DNA of 64,000 nucleotides, taken from assembly GCF_006345805.1 (NCBI RefSeq), contig NC_043011.1, positions 34,174,464 through 34,238,463 of the forward strand, given 5' to 3'. The notes beneath the pieces were generated by a model. It was not told where the DNA came from. It saw only the letters and a list, made by a program, of their open reading frames with translations, and did no database searches. The position numbers and the translations under genes are program-made. Of the stretch, positions 37,043 through 50,816 are shown piece after piece. Each line of letters begins with the position of its first letter. Within the stretch, counting starts at the first letter, position 1. The DNA comes from Octopus sinensis. Lineage: Eukaryota.

Positions 37043-37979
37043 AACAAACAAAAATCTGCAAGACCTTCCTAAGATTTAAAGGATGATGAATAAGACAAAA
37101 TGTTTTCCTTCAAAACCTTGTAACCAAGTAGGTAACCAGTCAGAAATAACTCTAAATTAGAGAAGAAGAAGATACATACATACATACATACATCATGTGC
37201 ATGTCTAAACATGCAACTATATACATGAGAATACATACATAAAATAAAACATACAAATCTGCACAAATAACTACATACAAAAATAATTCCAATGAAGGAG
37301 ATTTGGATCTAGGTTAGAAACCAGCCCTTTCTCTGTTGGCAAGAAACCTTAAAATAAAACTGAATAATGACATACATACATACATACATACACACATATA
37401 CATAGATACATACATACATACACACACATACATACGCATACATACATAGATACATATGTAAGCACATACACATATACATACACATATATATATAAAAATA
37501 TATTTGTAGGCTTTATTAATCACTAAAACTGACCCCAATATGATTTTATAACATTATCTTGTGACTTGGTTTCTTGAACGGACACAGATATGATAACGTG
37601 AAAACTCAGTTTAATGAGAATTAAGCATAAGGTGACTGATATAGATTAAATATATACATATATATTTATATATATATATCTGAAGCAAGTTCTTATTGGA
37701 CAGACCTCACTAAACTGCCGATCTCCAGGTAAGAATTGTCTTCTTTCTATCAATGCTTTCAATATCTTTTCAGGCATGGGTTTAGGTGCTGATATGGTTA
37801 TGTGGTTAAGAAGTTAGCATTGCAGCCATGTGGTCTCAAGTGCAGTCCTGCTGCATGGCACCTTCCACCTCTATCTTCTGCTATTTCCCCAAGCTGAATT
37901 AATGCCCTGTGAGAGAATTGGGTAGATGGAAACTGTGACAAAGTCCATCGTATATATACATGTATGCATGTATGTATAT

Positions 37980-38730
37980 TTAGCCCTGATCCTGAAGTCA
38001 CTAACTACTAACCTATGTTGGGGTGCATTCTTCACCTAGGAAAGTTGGGGCATTTATAAGTAGCCATCTTTCCCAGTTCATGGAGAGAATGTAGTCAATC
38101 TGACTAGTGTGCCCACCAGACTGGTAGGTGAACAGGTGACTGGCAGGTTTCCTGACGTTAGTATTACAAATCATAAGATCATTTGCATCGCAGGACTCCA
38201 GCAGCCTGGTTCCCTCCTCATTGTGGGAACCAAACCCATAGCCACCATGTACACCATGGAAGCTCCCTGGAGATTGTCCAACATGCCCACTGAATTTGCC
38301 AGCCACAAAGAGAAGGTCCCTGTTATTTGTTGATGAGGTAGTCTGCAAGAGAGTGTCAGAAAATCGATCTTACTGTTCATCAGGTTGCCCTGGCTGAGGA
38401 GTATAGGCTGAGATAATTGTTGCTAATCCATGTTACAGCACCAGTCTAAGCTTAAGTCCCAGATTCTGTCTACTTTGATTATCTTATCAATCCATTTCTC
38501 CACAAGGTGTATACCCATGCCCCCAACCCCGTCAGTATTCCCTACTCAGAAAATCCTATACCTATATTCTTTGCCTGTGAGGAACCTACAGAGATTCCTC
38601 TCCACCTAACTTCTTAGATGCAGCACAAATCTACATTTCTCCATTCAAGCATTTCAATGATCTCACCAGACCTACCTTTCAATGTGCCAACATTAAGTGT
38701 GTCAACTCTGAGGATGTAGATGGTGTGGAC
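37980..38730 (-). mobile_element. RTE LINE 5' fragment (APE endonuclease)
   Basis: ORF 38013-38348: HGGYGFGSHNEEGTRLLESCDANDLMICNT..TYQSGGHTSQIDYIL. Confidence 0.85.
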
Positions 38731-39178
38731 TGGTAAGACCCTGGGATGGGGGATATATATATATATATATCACTGTGATCACCGTGACCAGCCAGGCTAT
38801 CAGATGTTGCTAAACATCGCTGGTCACAATGCACTTCACATTGTTTTTTAGCCTTCAAGCTAAGTGAGCAGGCCAACAGAAGAAAGAGTGAGAGAAAGTT
38901 GTGGCAAAAGAGTACAGCAGGGATCGCCACCCCCACCCCCTGCCAGAGCCTCGTGGAACTTTAGGTGTTTTCATTCAATGAACACTCACAACTCCTGGTC
39001 TGGGAATCGAAACCATGATCCTACAACCGCAAGTCCGCTGCCCTAACCAGTGGGCCATTGCGTCTCCATATATATATGTATACATGTATATGTATATATA
39101 TGTATATGTATATATATATATTGTCAGTAAATCATAAACCTGAAGTACACTATCTTAAAGAGCAGTAGAGTAATTAGA

Positions 39179-39270
39179 TAAAGATAGTTATGGCTGATCT
39201 GGTGGGCGACCCAGGGTTTCACAGACACGAAACCTTGAGTAACCCCACAGACCAGCCATAACTATCTTTA
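39179..39270. repeat. Imperfect hairpin / inverted repeat
   Basis: TAAAGATAGTTATGGCTG..GGTTTC / GAAACC..CAGCCATAACTATCTTTA. Confidence 0.75.
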
Positions 39271-40275
39271 ATTATGCATAGATATATATGTATATCCCCT
39301 TGATATTATTTTCATGTTTGATTCCCAATTTTAATAATTCTTATATTTTTTGTCTAATTATTTCTTTATATAATAGTGCTCACTTGCCTAGTAAGAACTG
39401 CTTTCATTATTTTATCACAGTCATAATTTCTTTTTTAAACAAACATCACAGTAGTCCAACAACAGTGGGAGGAGCAGTTTGTCAAGTTTTACCTTCCCCT
39501 CAAAGCAACATAAAGGTTTTAATTCAGTGGCCCTTCTCTAAGCTTTGCAGTGTATGTGTGAGAGAGAACATTACAAACAATGAATGAAATAAACATGAAA
39601 TGAAAACATCGTATAAATAAAACAGCATAACTACAGATGTATATGCCCCCAACTTTGTTGCCTCGTGACATCCAGGAAAATAGATACTTTTTATAAAAAT
39701 TTTCTACAAATACCACTTAGATGTTGTTGATTCAGAGTATATAGGGATTTATGAGAAAGAATTTTTGCAAGGGGGTAGAGAGATGAGTTTTGAAAAATTC
39801 ACATGAACTGACTTTTCCCCCTCATAACTTTCATAAAAATTTATACAAATCCTTTTCAAACAGCATAGATTATATAGAAATTTGTGGGGAAAATTTTTTT
39901 CAGGAATTTTTCTCATTTTTTTAAACAACAGCCTTTGAAATGATGAAGTGATGGGTGGGGCATCTTTGTATGAAAAAAGGTTTGTTAACTCTTTTTTTTA
40001 CAACCCCCTCCTTCTTTATCACACTCTGGACCTATTTTGGCCAATTTTTTTTTTGCACTTCAAAACCATGGGAAGAGCATTTTGGGAAAAAAAAAAATTT
40101 TAATTGTTAATATTTTCAGAGGGAAAAGTAAGTCATTTAAGGGTGATTTGGCTGGGGTTTTTTTGCATATCCAAAGACAACTTTCCTAGTTTCTTTATCA
40201 CTCTCATATGTATTTTTCCCCCATAAATACATTTATATGCTATAAAAAGAAATTATGAAGTTTTTGCAACCCCAC

Positions 40276-40329
<54 letters not shown>

Positions 40330-40334
40330 CATAA

Positions 40335-41320
40335 TACAGGTTTCGTGTATCCACATTATTGGTATTGATTTTAGAACATACATTTGCACTATATTTCATT
40401 CTGTTCTTACTTAGGTTATCCTTAGATTCTGTAATTTATTAATTACATCATCGACCTTATTACTATTAATATTTTTACGAGATTTACTAATTTTAATTTT
40501 ATTATTCACAGCTCTACTATTAGATCTAAACATTCAATTGTCAACCGATTTACCATTATTATAATAATATATTTTATAGCTTTCATTTTTATTACAATAT
40601 ACAATCCTATGCATATATCCCACGTTTTTAAGAGCCACATTATATATTCTGCATTATTGTTAGGATTTCCTCATTAGAAGATATATATATAAAATATGCC
40701 TCGAAATATTACTAACTAAAGTTCATGTAATTGCTTTAGGATGATTACTATTAAAGTTGATATATTTCAAATTATTGTTTGGTTTATGATCTGGGCTATA
40801 TTGGCCAGTAACAAGATTCAGATTAACATCTAAATAATTAACAGAATCATGTTCATTTTCAATAGAAATAGATATACCAAACCTTTTTTAAAAACTATGC
40901 AATTTTATCTCATACAAATCTAATTTACTATATGATAGACTATTAATCACAAACAGTGCATTATCTCTATACAGTCCACCTTTAATATCAGGAAATTCAT
41001 TACTAAAATGAAATAGAATGTATATACATACTAGATCAGTAACTTGGACAGAATCAACTGATTCCATAGTAATGTCAAAAAATTATTGGTATTTTTTCTA
41101 GCCCAGTACTTATCAAATAGAATAAGAGATTTTTAAGCTTCCAAAATTACTTTAATTTCTTTAAAACTAGTTTAAAAGTTTTTTTCTAGCAAATAAAAGA
41201 GCATTATTAAGTACAATAATATTAATAGAAGAATAATAGTTATTAATATCTATCTGTATGAATTTACTTCTATTTTTATTATCTATTCTAACAAACCCAT
41301 AAATAGCTTCTTTGATAGGG
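40335..41320 (-). mobile_element. Penelope-like element reverse transcriptase relic
   Basis: Minus-strand motifs KFIQIDINNYYSSI, FDITMESVDS, GGLYRDNAL, VNYLDVNLNL..KPNNNLKYINFNSNHPK, homologous to the PLE at 46.8-49.1 kb. Confidence 0.82.
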
Positions 41321-41908
41321 AAGACAGACAGACAGACAAAGAATTTTATATATATAGACAAAGAAGTCAATCTGTAGACAGAACTTACAAACCCCATTTG
41401 AGCGTATAAAGCTCTAGAAGAAAATAGCTTGAGTGAAAAAACTTGAGCTGCTTTAGGATAGCTTTTTCTAATGCATGACCACTCAGTAGAATGGTTGAAA
41501 TCTCATTGATTAGTAATAAAGACATATCAGCTGTATGTGGCCCATAGCGGTCATACGCATGCATGCACGACCGCACACACTATGTTTTTCGATAGAGGGA
41601 GAAATGTAAATAGTGTATCTAAATAGACGGAGAGCAAAAAAATTTAAAATAAGTAATGTTGTAGGGAAAATGTACAAATACTGTAAAGACAAAGATATTT
41701 ATGCATGACAAAATTGAAATACACTGAAGTCAATTTTTATACAGGTGTGGCAAAACTGAATATACACACACTGGATGAACAAAAATAAAAAAATAACTAA
41801 ATCATTTTTCAGGGAGAACGTACAAAAACCATAACAACAGATTTTTACGCACAACTAATTAAAATACACAGAAGTCAATTTGTAGACAGAAGTTTGTTGT
41901 GAGTGAGT

Positions 41909-41965
<57 letters not shown>

Positions 41966-43225
41966 ACAAACATAGACTAAAAGAGAGGAACTATTACAGA
42001 GGGTGAGAGAGAATATGTGCAAGCAAGAGAAATGGAGAATGAGAAAAAGAGAGAGAAGACAGAAATAAACAGAAAGAAAAGGGAGAGAATCAGTTGAAAA
42101 CTGCAGACGTTTTTTGAGAAAAACCTGTGTAAAACACCGTTTTTCCCTGATTTCTCACCTTACATGGGAGCTCTGGGGAATTCTGGCACATAAGTAATGT
42201 GTGTGTGTAAAGTTTGGTGAAAATCGGTGGAAAACTGTAGAAATGCATACACACACACATGCACGTGTACACACACACAAATACAGAATCCTTTGTTTTA
42301 TATAGAAATAAAATCTATATAAGTTAAGAATTTGTGGTGGAGTAGGAAATAGATTTTATTTAAAATTTCTATATACTATGATTAAAAAATAAATAAGGAT
42401 ATATTTTACTCAAACACTAAATTCACCACAAAAAAACAACTTTTCTATGTAGGTGTGTATATGTATATATGATGTATATGTGTATGTGAATGTACATGTG
42501 TATATACACATGTGATTGGTAATGGTCAATATCTATGTGTATATATATATACACACACAAATGCACATGCATGTTTATCTGGATTTATTTATATGTATAT
42601 GTGTGTATGCATGTATTTATGTATATATGTAAGCAGGTGTATTGTGTATGTATGTATGTATGTATATATGTATGTATGTATGTACATATGTATGTATGTA
42701 TGTATGTATGTATGTGTGTGTATGTATGTATATATGTATATGCATATCTGCACATATATCTATATGTGGATACACATATTTGAATTTGTATACATGTTAA
42801 ATAAATAAATGGATAAATAAATTAATGAATGTATGAATAAATAAAGTGATACTAATTTTTTTTAATTAAAAAATTGATGTTCATTAGGTTGTGGTAAAAT
42901 TTTGAAGTTATAGAAGAGGATGTGAAGAAAGTTATTTTTCCTTGTGATATTTTCCCAAACTTTATAATGTGACAACATTATTTAACATAATTTTATTCGA
43001 GGCCAAATTTTCTTATTATACTGAATGATTTGTAAGTTGTTTTTTTTTTATTTAAACTGAAGGGTTTGTAGCTTTAAATTAGTATATTACTGAGGATATT
43101 TATAATATTTCAGTGGGTTAATTCATAAATTTAGTATTAAGTACCATAATATATTTGTCTTAAGTGTAAACTATATCACTATATTCGTAGTTAAATTTAA
43201 GATTTAAGTTTTAATTATGCTATCA

Positions 43226-43500
43226 TCTATATATATATAAAACTGAGAATGTGTGTCTGTCTGAATCCCTAAAACTTGAGAACTACACAACCAATTTCAT
43301 TCAAATTTTACACATGCCTTACTTAGGATCCATGTAGTGTCATGGGTAAAAAATTTCTAACTTCTTGCTTAGGGCGAGCCCACAGCAATATCATATCTTC
43401 TCCACTATTTCAGTATTACGTGTTAAAAGTGAAACAAAAACATCTCTCTATTGTAATGTCAGATACTTTCACTTTAATACTGAAACTATTAAAGTCAAAC
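43226..43500 (+). mobile_element. Helitron-like non-autonomous 5' fragment
   Basis: A|TCTATATATATAAAA start followed by GTCTGTCTG and CCAATTTCATTCAAATTTT, same architecture as the complete element at 53787-54181. Similar ends at about 41320-41360 (-) and 42200-42310 (-). Confidence 0.5.
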
Positions 43501-44419
43501 TATTAATAATAATAATAATAATAATGAAATTATTGTATACAGTGCTCAGGTGCACCACAACTTGTCAAAAGTGCGTATAAAGAATAGAGTATATGTAGTA
43601 AGTGCACAACAACTTGTCAAAAGTGTATATAAAGTATATGCAGTATATAAGAGGAATGAACCATTAACAGCAGACATCCATTTTGCTAGAAGAAGATCCG
43701 CTATGGTCTTATATGCTACACCACTGGTTTTCAATTCATATTAATCAAATTAATATTCAATTTATCACCCTTATTATTTTAAATTTAAATTTAAACCCAG
43801 GATCATGTGTTTTGGACCAAATTTGTTACCACACAGCCACACCTGCACCTATGTATGTGTGTGTGTATAGCTGTATATGTATACAGTTATTTCTATACAT
43901 ATGTATATGTATACATGTATACATGTATATGTGTAGATGTATATATATTTATAGATGTACATGTAATATGTACACATATATACATGCATACATATATACA
44001 CCCATACACACACACACACATATACATAGGTGCAGGTGTGGCTGTGTGGTAACAAACTTGGTTCTAAAACACATGGTCCTGGGTTCAGTCCCACTGTGTG
44101 GTGACTTGGCATGTGTCTTCTGCTATAGCCTCAGACCAACCAAAGCCTTGTCAGTGGATTTTGTAGACAGAAACTGAAAGAAATCAATCATATATATATG
44201 TATGTATTATGTAAGTCTGTGTGTGTGTCTTTGTGTTTCTCTCTCATCACTGCCTCACAACTGGTGTTCGTTTATTTACATCCCCATAACTTACTGGTTT
44301 CACAAGAAGAAACTGATAGAATAAGTACCAGGCTTATCAAAACAAAAAAAAACACTAGACAGTATCTCATATTTTTGTTTGCTCAGACAATTTATCTTTG
44401 TGTGTGTATGTGTGTATAC

Positions 44420-44450
<31 letters not shown>

Positions 44451-44733
44451 ATATATTATATATATATATATGGATTTCGTAAACAGAAACTTAAAGAACT
44501 CAATCATATATATATGTATGTATATGTTTAAGTGTATGTGTGTGACTTTGTTTCTGTGTTTCACCCTCATCACTGCTTCACAACTGCTGTTCGTTTAATT
44601 ACATCCCCATAACTTACTGGTTTCATAAGAAGAAACTAATAGAGTAAGTACCAGGCTTATCAACATAAAAAAAGCACTATGCTGTGTCTCATATTTTTGT
44701 TTGCCCACTCAGTTGTATCTATCAATTTATCTT

Positions 44734-44774
<41 letters not shown>

Positions 44775-44792
44775 TATAATACACACACACAT

Positions 44793-44884
<92 letters not shown>

Positions 44885-44904
44885 GTATGGATATGTGTAC
44901 ATTC

Positions 44905-46560
44905 ATATTTATTATATCAAAGACAATGTCTTTATGTGTTCGTGTATTACTTATACATTCGAAAACTGCTGCACCGATCATAATGAAATTTGGAACACAA
45001 AATCGAAGCCTAGGGAGAAGGGTAATACTATGTATTTCATACAATTTCATGGACCAAAATTACTGAATGGATCCTTATGATATTTGAAACTTAGATTCAA
45101 TGCATAAGGGCGGGTATAATGCAATATGTTTGGTTTGCATTTTAGATGGCTTAAAGGGGGCAGAACTCCCTATGAAAATTCATAAATTTTCGATGTTGAT
45201 GAAATTTCAACCATGGGTAATTAACACACATCAAGAAGTATTCTCAAAGTTTCCACTTCACATGAGGATTCTAAGACACCCTAATGGGGGCCTTAACTCC
45301 CAAATTTTAGTATTTTCTTTTATGATCCAAAACTAAGTCAAAAGTACTGAATGAATCTTTATGAAATTTGGAAATTATATTCTATGCATAAGGGCCATGT
45401 CAATTCATATATTTTTGCTGTTGATGAAATTTTAACCATAGATATTAGACACAAATGAAGTAATATTTATAAAATTTCATCTTCTTACAAAGTTAGAAAG
45501 ACCCCTCCATGGGGATTTAACACCAACAATTTTGTCATTTTATCTAAGCAAAAACAAATACAGTTGTGCTCTTGGAAGCTGTAGGGTTACCCGAGCATAA
45601 AAGTTGGGCATTATTTCTAATTCAGTTGTACAACAGTGTAAAAGTTTGCTTTGACATACACTTACATTGTGATTTCTGCAATGCGGTGCATAAATTGTCA
45701 AGTAAATGAGAGACATCTTTGCCTCCACTGATTCAGTTGCAAAGTGTTGAGTAAAGTTATTTGATTGCGGATCTCCTTTTAGTCTTTTTATTATCACTGG
45801 GTCGCACATAATCCCCAGATGGTAACACTGATTTCAAGGCATCCCCAGATGAGTGACTGGTTATTCAAAGACATTTATAAATTGTAAATTTATTCTGTCC
45901 AGTTACGTATCAGTATAGTGGTCATTTGCAAACTCCAACATTCATTTCTCCTTAGCCCTCACGTCACATAGTTGTTAATGTTTATTTCAGTTGGGTCACA
46001 CCCTTCCAATTGCTATAGATTCGTAATGCATCTTACAGCTGTGCCTGTCACCTGCGTGGTGAGTGGTAATGACTAGGGTACTGTAGCTGACTGCTTATTG
46101 TGATTAATCGTCTTTTGGTTTCCTGTAGCTTTGCTCTCTTTTACAAACCCAGTGAACACATATTTCCTATTTCAAAGAAATTCAAACAATAAATATAAGA
46201 CCCATGTTAAAAAGATTCTCAACAATTTAACTTCTCTGGTTGACATTAAGATGCCCATCCCCAATAGGGACGTTAACTCTCACATTTTAGAGCTCCATGA
46301 CCTCCATTTTTCAGGAGCAAAATCCTTTTAACAGGTTCTATAAGACTGGAATTTTGGAATATGCACATAAAAATCAGTAGTATGGGATACATGTGGCACG
46401 ATTACAATTTTTTTAGGGTGTGTAAAGAGGGAAATAACCCCCATCTGCAATTTTGATGAAATTCGAAACATAGATATTCCAGTTCATTATAGAAAATATA
46501 ACAGAAAAGTCTAATTCTTCAACTGCATGTAACACGAGCAATGCCAGATATCTCTGCTAG
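44905..46560 (+). mobile_element. Helitron-like non-autonomous element with internal sub-repeats
   Basis: 3' end CACGAGCAATGCCAGATATCTCTG-CTAG|T (decayed hairpin + CTAG, compare 53787); repeated ATGAAATTT modules. 5' boundary approximate. Confidence 0.6.
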
Positions 46561-46614
46561 TATATATATATACACACACGCATAAAATTTAAGGAATGGA
46601 GTAGATAAGATCTG

Positions 46615-46698
46615 GGCTACATATGTTTCATAGTGAGCAGAACCTCAGATGTGGTAAATATCCAAGTGAGGTGTATACTACAGGCTACTCTTCAGGCC
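46615..46698 (-). ncRNA. Type I hammerhead ribozyme motif with intact core
   Basis: Minus strand: GGC-CTGAAGA-GTAG..(ACCTCA/TGAGGT)..CTAT-GAAA-CATATG-TA-GCC. All core nucleotides present, GUA cleavage triplet, palindromic stem III ACATATGT. Confidence 0.7.
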
Positions 46699-46799
46699 AA
46701 GGATATCTTGATTAAATGAAAATTTATATTGTCACAAGGAGGTACATGTTAACACTTAGAAAGGACAATAATAATAGGAATGGAAGAGAATTCCAGATG

Positions 46800-49735
46800 G
46801 GAAAAACAATTATAACCTTAAAACTTTGAGAAATCCACCATTTAACCCAGCTCTTGTAAACTTTGAAAAAGATCTTATGAATATGATTAAATGGTTAAAG
46901 TTTTCTAGATACACAAACCCCTTTCAGAAAATCCTGTTGGAGAAAATCTCTTCAATGAAACCTTCTCCAGATTTGCACATCCTATCTGCTAAGACCCGGA
47001 ATATTTATTCTGTACCACTGAGCCTTTATAATGACTTTATTTTGAAAGAGCTTAATTCTACAGATAAGCGTGTTAACAAGAATGCTTTGTAAGATATTAA
47101 TAATACTCATTTAGATATTATTTCTGGTTTGGGCCTACTGGATAGAACCCAACTTTAAGCTCCCAAAACTCCCTATTGTCTTTTGAAGGACCATAAGCCT
47201 GTTTTTTTTTTATCAAATCCTTCAATTAGAATAACCTGCCCAATCAAGTTAGATTTGGGCAGAATTAGAAAGTACATTATTGATCAGATTATTCCCATCG
47301 TTATGGATAAGGTTCAGCTTCCCCTATGGACCTCTACTGGGGATGTTATCTTATGGTTTGACTCTCTTACTGATAAGCCTAATTTAGACTTTATCCAATT
47401 CGATATTTCGAATTATTGCAACTCCATTTCCCCTATATTGCTAAATAAGGTTTTGATTTTCACTCGGAAATTTGTGAATATCCCTAGTTCGGATAATGAT
47501 GTAATTTTAGCAGCAAGGGGGACCCTCATTTCCTTCAATGAGTGTAATTGGAAGAGGGCTGATTCTACCAATTTCTTTGATATTACTATGGGGTCCTCGG
47601 ATTCAGGACAAGTGACGATTTAGTGGGCCTATATCTCTTTTCGCAGATTAGGGATAGTTTTCCCCTCCTTGCTAGGGGATCATATAGGGATGATGCACTT
47701 CTAGCTGCACGTGGCCAGTCTAAAACTGCATTGAATAGATTGAAGAAGTTTTTGAGAATTTTCTTAAAGATTTCTTTAATCTTAGCATTATTTTTTATGC
47801 TAACTTTAGAGTGGTGAATTTCTTGGATGTTACTCTGAATTTGGATAGGATTAATACTTACCCATTTTGTAAGCCAAATAAATCCATTTCATTTAACAAT
47901 GTCTCCTTCAATCATCCAAAGTCTACTATTGATAGCATCATTACTACTATTTTAATCAGAATCTCTAATTTTTCCGCAAACAAAAAGATTTTTGATCAAC
48001 ATGCACTAGTATGTAACAATGCTCTAAATTTAAGTGGCTTCAAAGCTAAAAATCTCATATATACCTAGCATGAGACTTAAGAACAAACTGGTTGGTCTAC
48101 CACCTGACCATGTCATAGAAAGTCTCAAGAAACTCAATGCATCAATTGATTGCAACCAATGTAAGCCATCCATTAGATACGTATATAGAGATTTTAAGAA
48201 TAGATATTGGAAGCAAAATAGTAGCTGTGAGGAGATAAGTTAAACCAAGAGCTCACACTTGAGAATGCAGGAAGTCATCTGGTTTGTCTCCCACCCACTT
48301 TTCTCTTAGAGTAAGAAATCTGCCCAAGTTGTTTTTTCAAGATTCTGAAGGAGAATTTCCCAAAGAATCATAAGTACTACACCATCTGCAACAAATCCTC
48401 CATTAAATTTTCTTACTCAGTAATGCTGAATTTGGCTTCCATTATTGCATTTCTTAAAAGAAACAAATTAACAGGGCAAGTGCACTGGAAGTATTTCTCT
48501 GTTGGAACCTCTGGTATTGGGGTGGTATGCTCTAAGTCTAAGGTTGGTGTTACCAACTATTTACCTTCACTGGCCTTACTGACCCCCATTAATGTGATAT
48601 CCGAGAGGAAGACTGTAAGAAACAAGATAAATAATGTTAGTATCAGTAATAGGGATAAAGGTGGTTCTGGTAAATCCTGTAATTGTAGAAACCCTAGGTT
48701 ATGTCCTCTTGATATATTTTGTTTGATTACAAATGCAATTTATAAATATGTAGTTAAAGAGGAGGGTAATTTTGATAGGGTTTATATAGGCAGTACTGTC
48801 AATTTTAAGGTAAGGTACAAGCCTACATGAATTCATTTTTGAACGAAAAATATTGTAACTCAACTACACTTGCCTCTTATGTACATGGTTTAAAGAGGAA
48901 TAATAAAAGTTACTCTCTTGAATGGCCTATAATCTCGAGGGCCCCTTATTTTAGTGTTAATATTAGCAAGTGTATAAGGGAATCTTTTACCATCCTTAGG
49001 TCCTTTGGGTCTAAAACATTAAATAAATTTACAGAGGTGGTCCCTTTCTGCAACCATAAGTTTTCTTCTACTTCTCTGAAAGTATATACAAGTAAGGCAA
49101 GATGTGGTAGATAATATTTAGTTTGCTTACTGAGTTGCGAAACCGGATAGAAAAATTCCTATTAATAGGAGCCACCAACCTGTTTAGCTTATAAAATAAG
49201 ATAATTTCTTTTTTAAGTGAGGGATTTTGGACTGGTCCTGCTAAAGGTTACATGTTATAAATAGGAATTTTCACCCATATTGTAACTCTTGTGAACTACT
49301 TGATTGTGAAATTCCTAAAGGATTCTGTTTATCCTGATGAGGAGGTCATTGCCGAGATGTGATTTAACTTGCAATCGGACTGCAGCAATGAACTCCCGAA
49401 ATGGCCATAAATGTGAATTTTGACCTACCCTTTTATTTTTTGGAATTCTCTTACGGTCCTTGGATAATGGACCTTCAATGGATTGCTTCATTTTGAAAAA
49501 ACTGACTATTTTGATCACCTTTTTTAGTTGATTTGTATATACTTTTTCCAGAAAGATCTCCTATATGCTTTTGTATTTTTATATGTGCATATATATTTTT
49601 TACCTTTGGTGCTTATATATGTATTTCTTTTATATGTCGAAGGGCATGGTATTACTTGTATATGATGAAATATATAGAAGTGTGGGGTTATATAAGGTTG
49701 TTGGCCCGAATTTGATGTTTGTTCTCTAATCAATG
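46800..49735 (+). mobile_element. Penelope-like retroelement (RT + GIY-YIG endonuclease, probably Neptune-type), frameshifted, with 3' pLTR
   Basis: Motifs KDHKP, FIQFDISNYCNSIS, FDITMGSSDS, YRDDAL, VNFLDVTLNL, CNCRNPRLCPL..C, IYKYVV..RVYIGST (GIY-YIG), LNK..E....CNH. Confidence 0.9.
49325..49415 (+). ncRNA. Hammerhead motif in the PLE 3' pLTR
   Basis: CTGATGA (49334)-GGAGGTCATTGC..GCAATGAACTCC-C-GAAA-TGGCCA-TA. Palindromic stem III; stem I appears damaged. Confidence 0.55.
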
Positions 49736-49739
49736 ATTT

Positions 49740-49744
49740 TATAC

Positions 49745-49813
<69 letters not shown>

Positions 49814-49818
49814 TATAT

Positions 49819-49876
<58 letters not shown>

Positions 49877-49897
49877 TATATATATATGTATATATCC

Positions 49898-49934
<37 letters not shown>

Positions 49935-49943
49935 TATACATAC

Positions 49944-50020
<77 letters not shown>

Positions 50021-50056
50021 GTACAAATGGATATCTATATATATATATATAAATGG

Positions 50057-50088
<32 letters not shown>

Positions 50089-50095
50089 GTAAATG

Positions 50096-50130
<35 letters not shown>
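49740..50130. repeat. (TA)n-dominated microsatellite block, one of many
   Basis: Direct inspection; other TA/CA/ATT tracts at e.g. 3330, 12345-12570, 13490-13620, 42600-42760, 44420-44880 and 62336-62536. Confidence 0.95.
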
Positions 50131-50421
50131 ATAATTTCATGAGCAGGCTGTTCTATTGTTTGAATCAACTGGAACTCTCATTGTCATAACCAATGCAGAG
50201 CCAGGCAATGAATTGAGTTCTCTCTTCCAAATTTGCTTGACAAATATCAATGTTTGAATATACTTTGTGTGTGTGTATGTGTGAGCTGTAACCTCCTGGA
50301 CCAATGGGTCTTAATACATTCCTCCCAAACATACTTCATTGTAATTTCCTCAACTCCTTCCCTTTGTAATCCTGTCTCATAGATTCCATGTGTTTTCTTA
50401 TTTTACCAGAAACTGAATAAC

Positions 50422-50512
50422 ATGAAAGCCGTACTTTTCTTCTTGGCCCTTGTGCCTATGGTACTGTGTGCCAGTTTGTATTCTGATGATGAAATAGATA
50501 AGAGAATCTCAA
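50422..50512 (+). CDS. Secreted cysteine-containing prepropeptide, coding exon 1 (MKAVLFFLALVPMVLCA-SLYSDDEIDKR-IS)
   Basis: Acceptor TTTTACCAG ending 50409, AACATG start, hydrophobic signal peptide ending L-C-A, acidic pro-segment, KR; donor A|GTAAGT (phase 1). Confidence 0.85.
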
Positions 50513-50816
50513 GTAAGTTTTCCAAGTTATATATATCTTCTTCAAAAGGACCTCTTTATTTTGAGATAAAATTTGTGCTTGTGCCACATCATAACACTAA
50601 GACAGAACTATTTCACCTCAACTGAACCTGCTCTTTTTAACATCATACTAAGACACATAAAGGGAAGTAAAAGCTCATAGCATTCAAATGGTTCATGGAA
50701 AAATTTCTCCTACAAATTCCAAATAAACCATTTTACACCCAGATTCATCTCTGTAAACAATAACTCTTTACTCAAATGGGCTATGGCTCCCCCCAAAGTA
50801 TGACTGTAACGCAAAA

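Noticed and set aside
3054-50432. Both genes begin ATGAAAGCCGT (MKAV)
   Set aside because: Only 11 nt match with no flanking similarity; best treated as coincidence.
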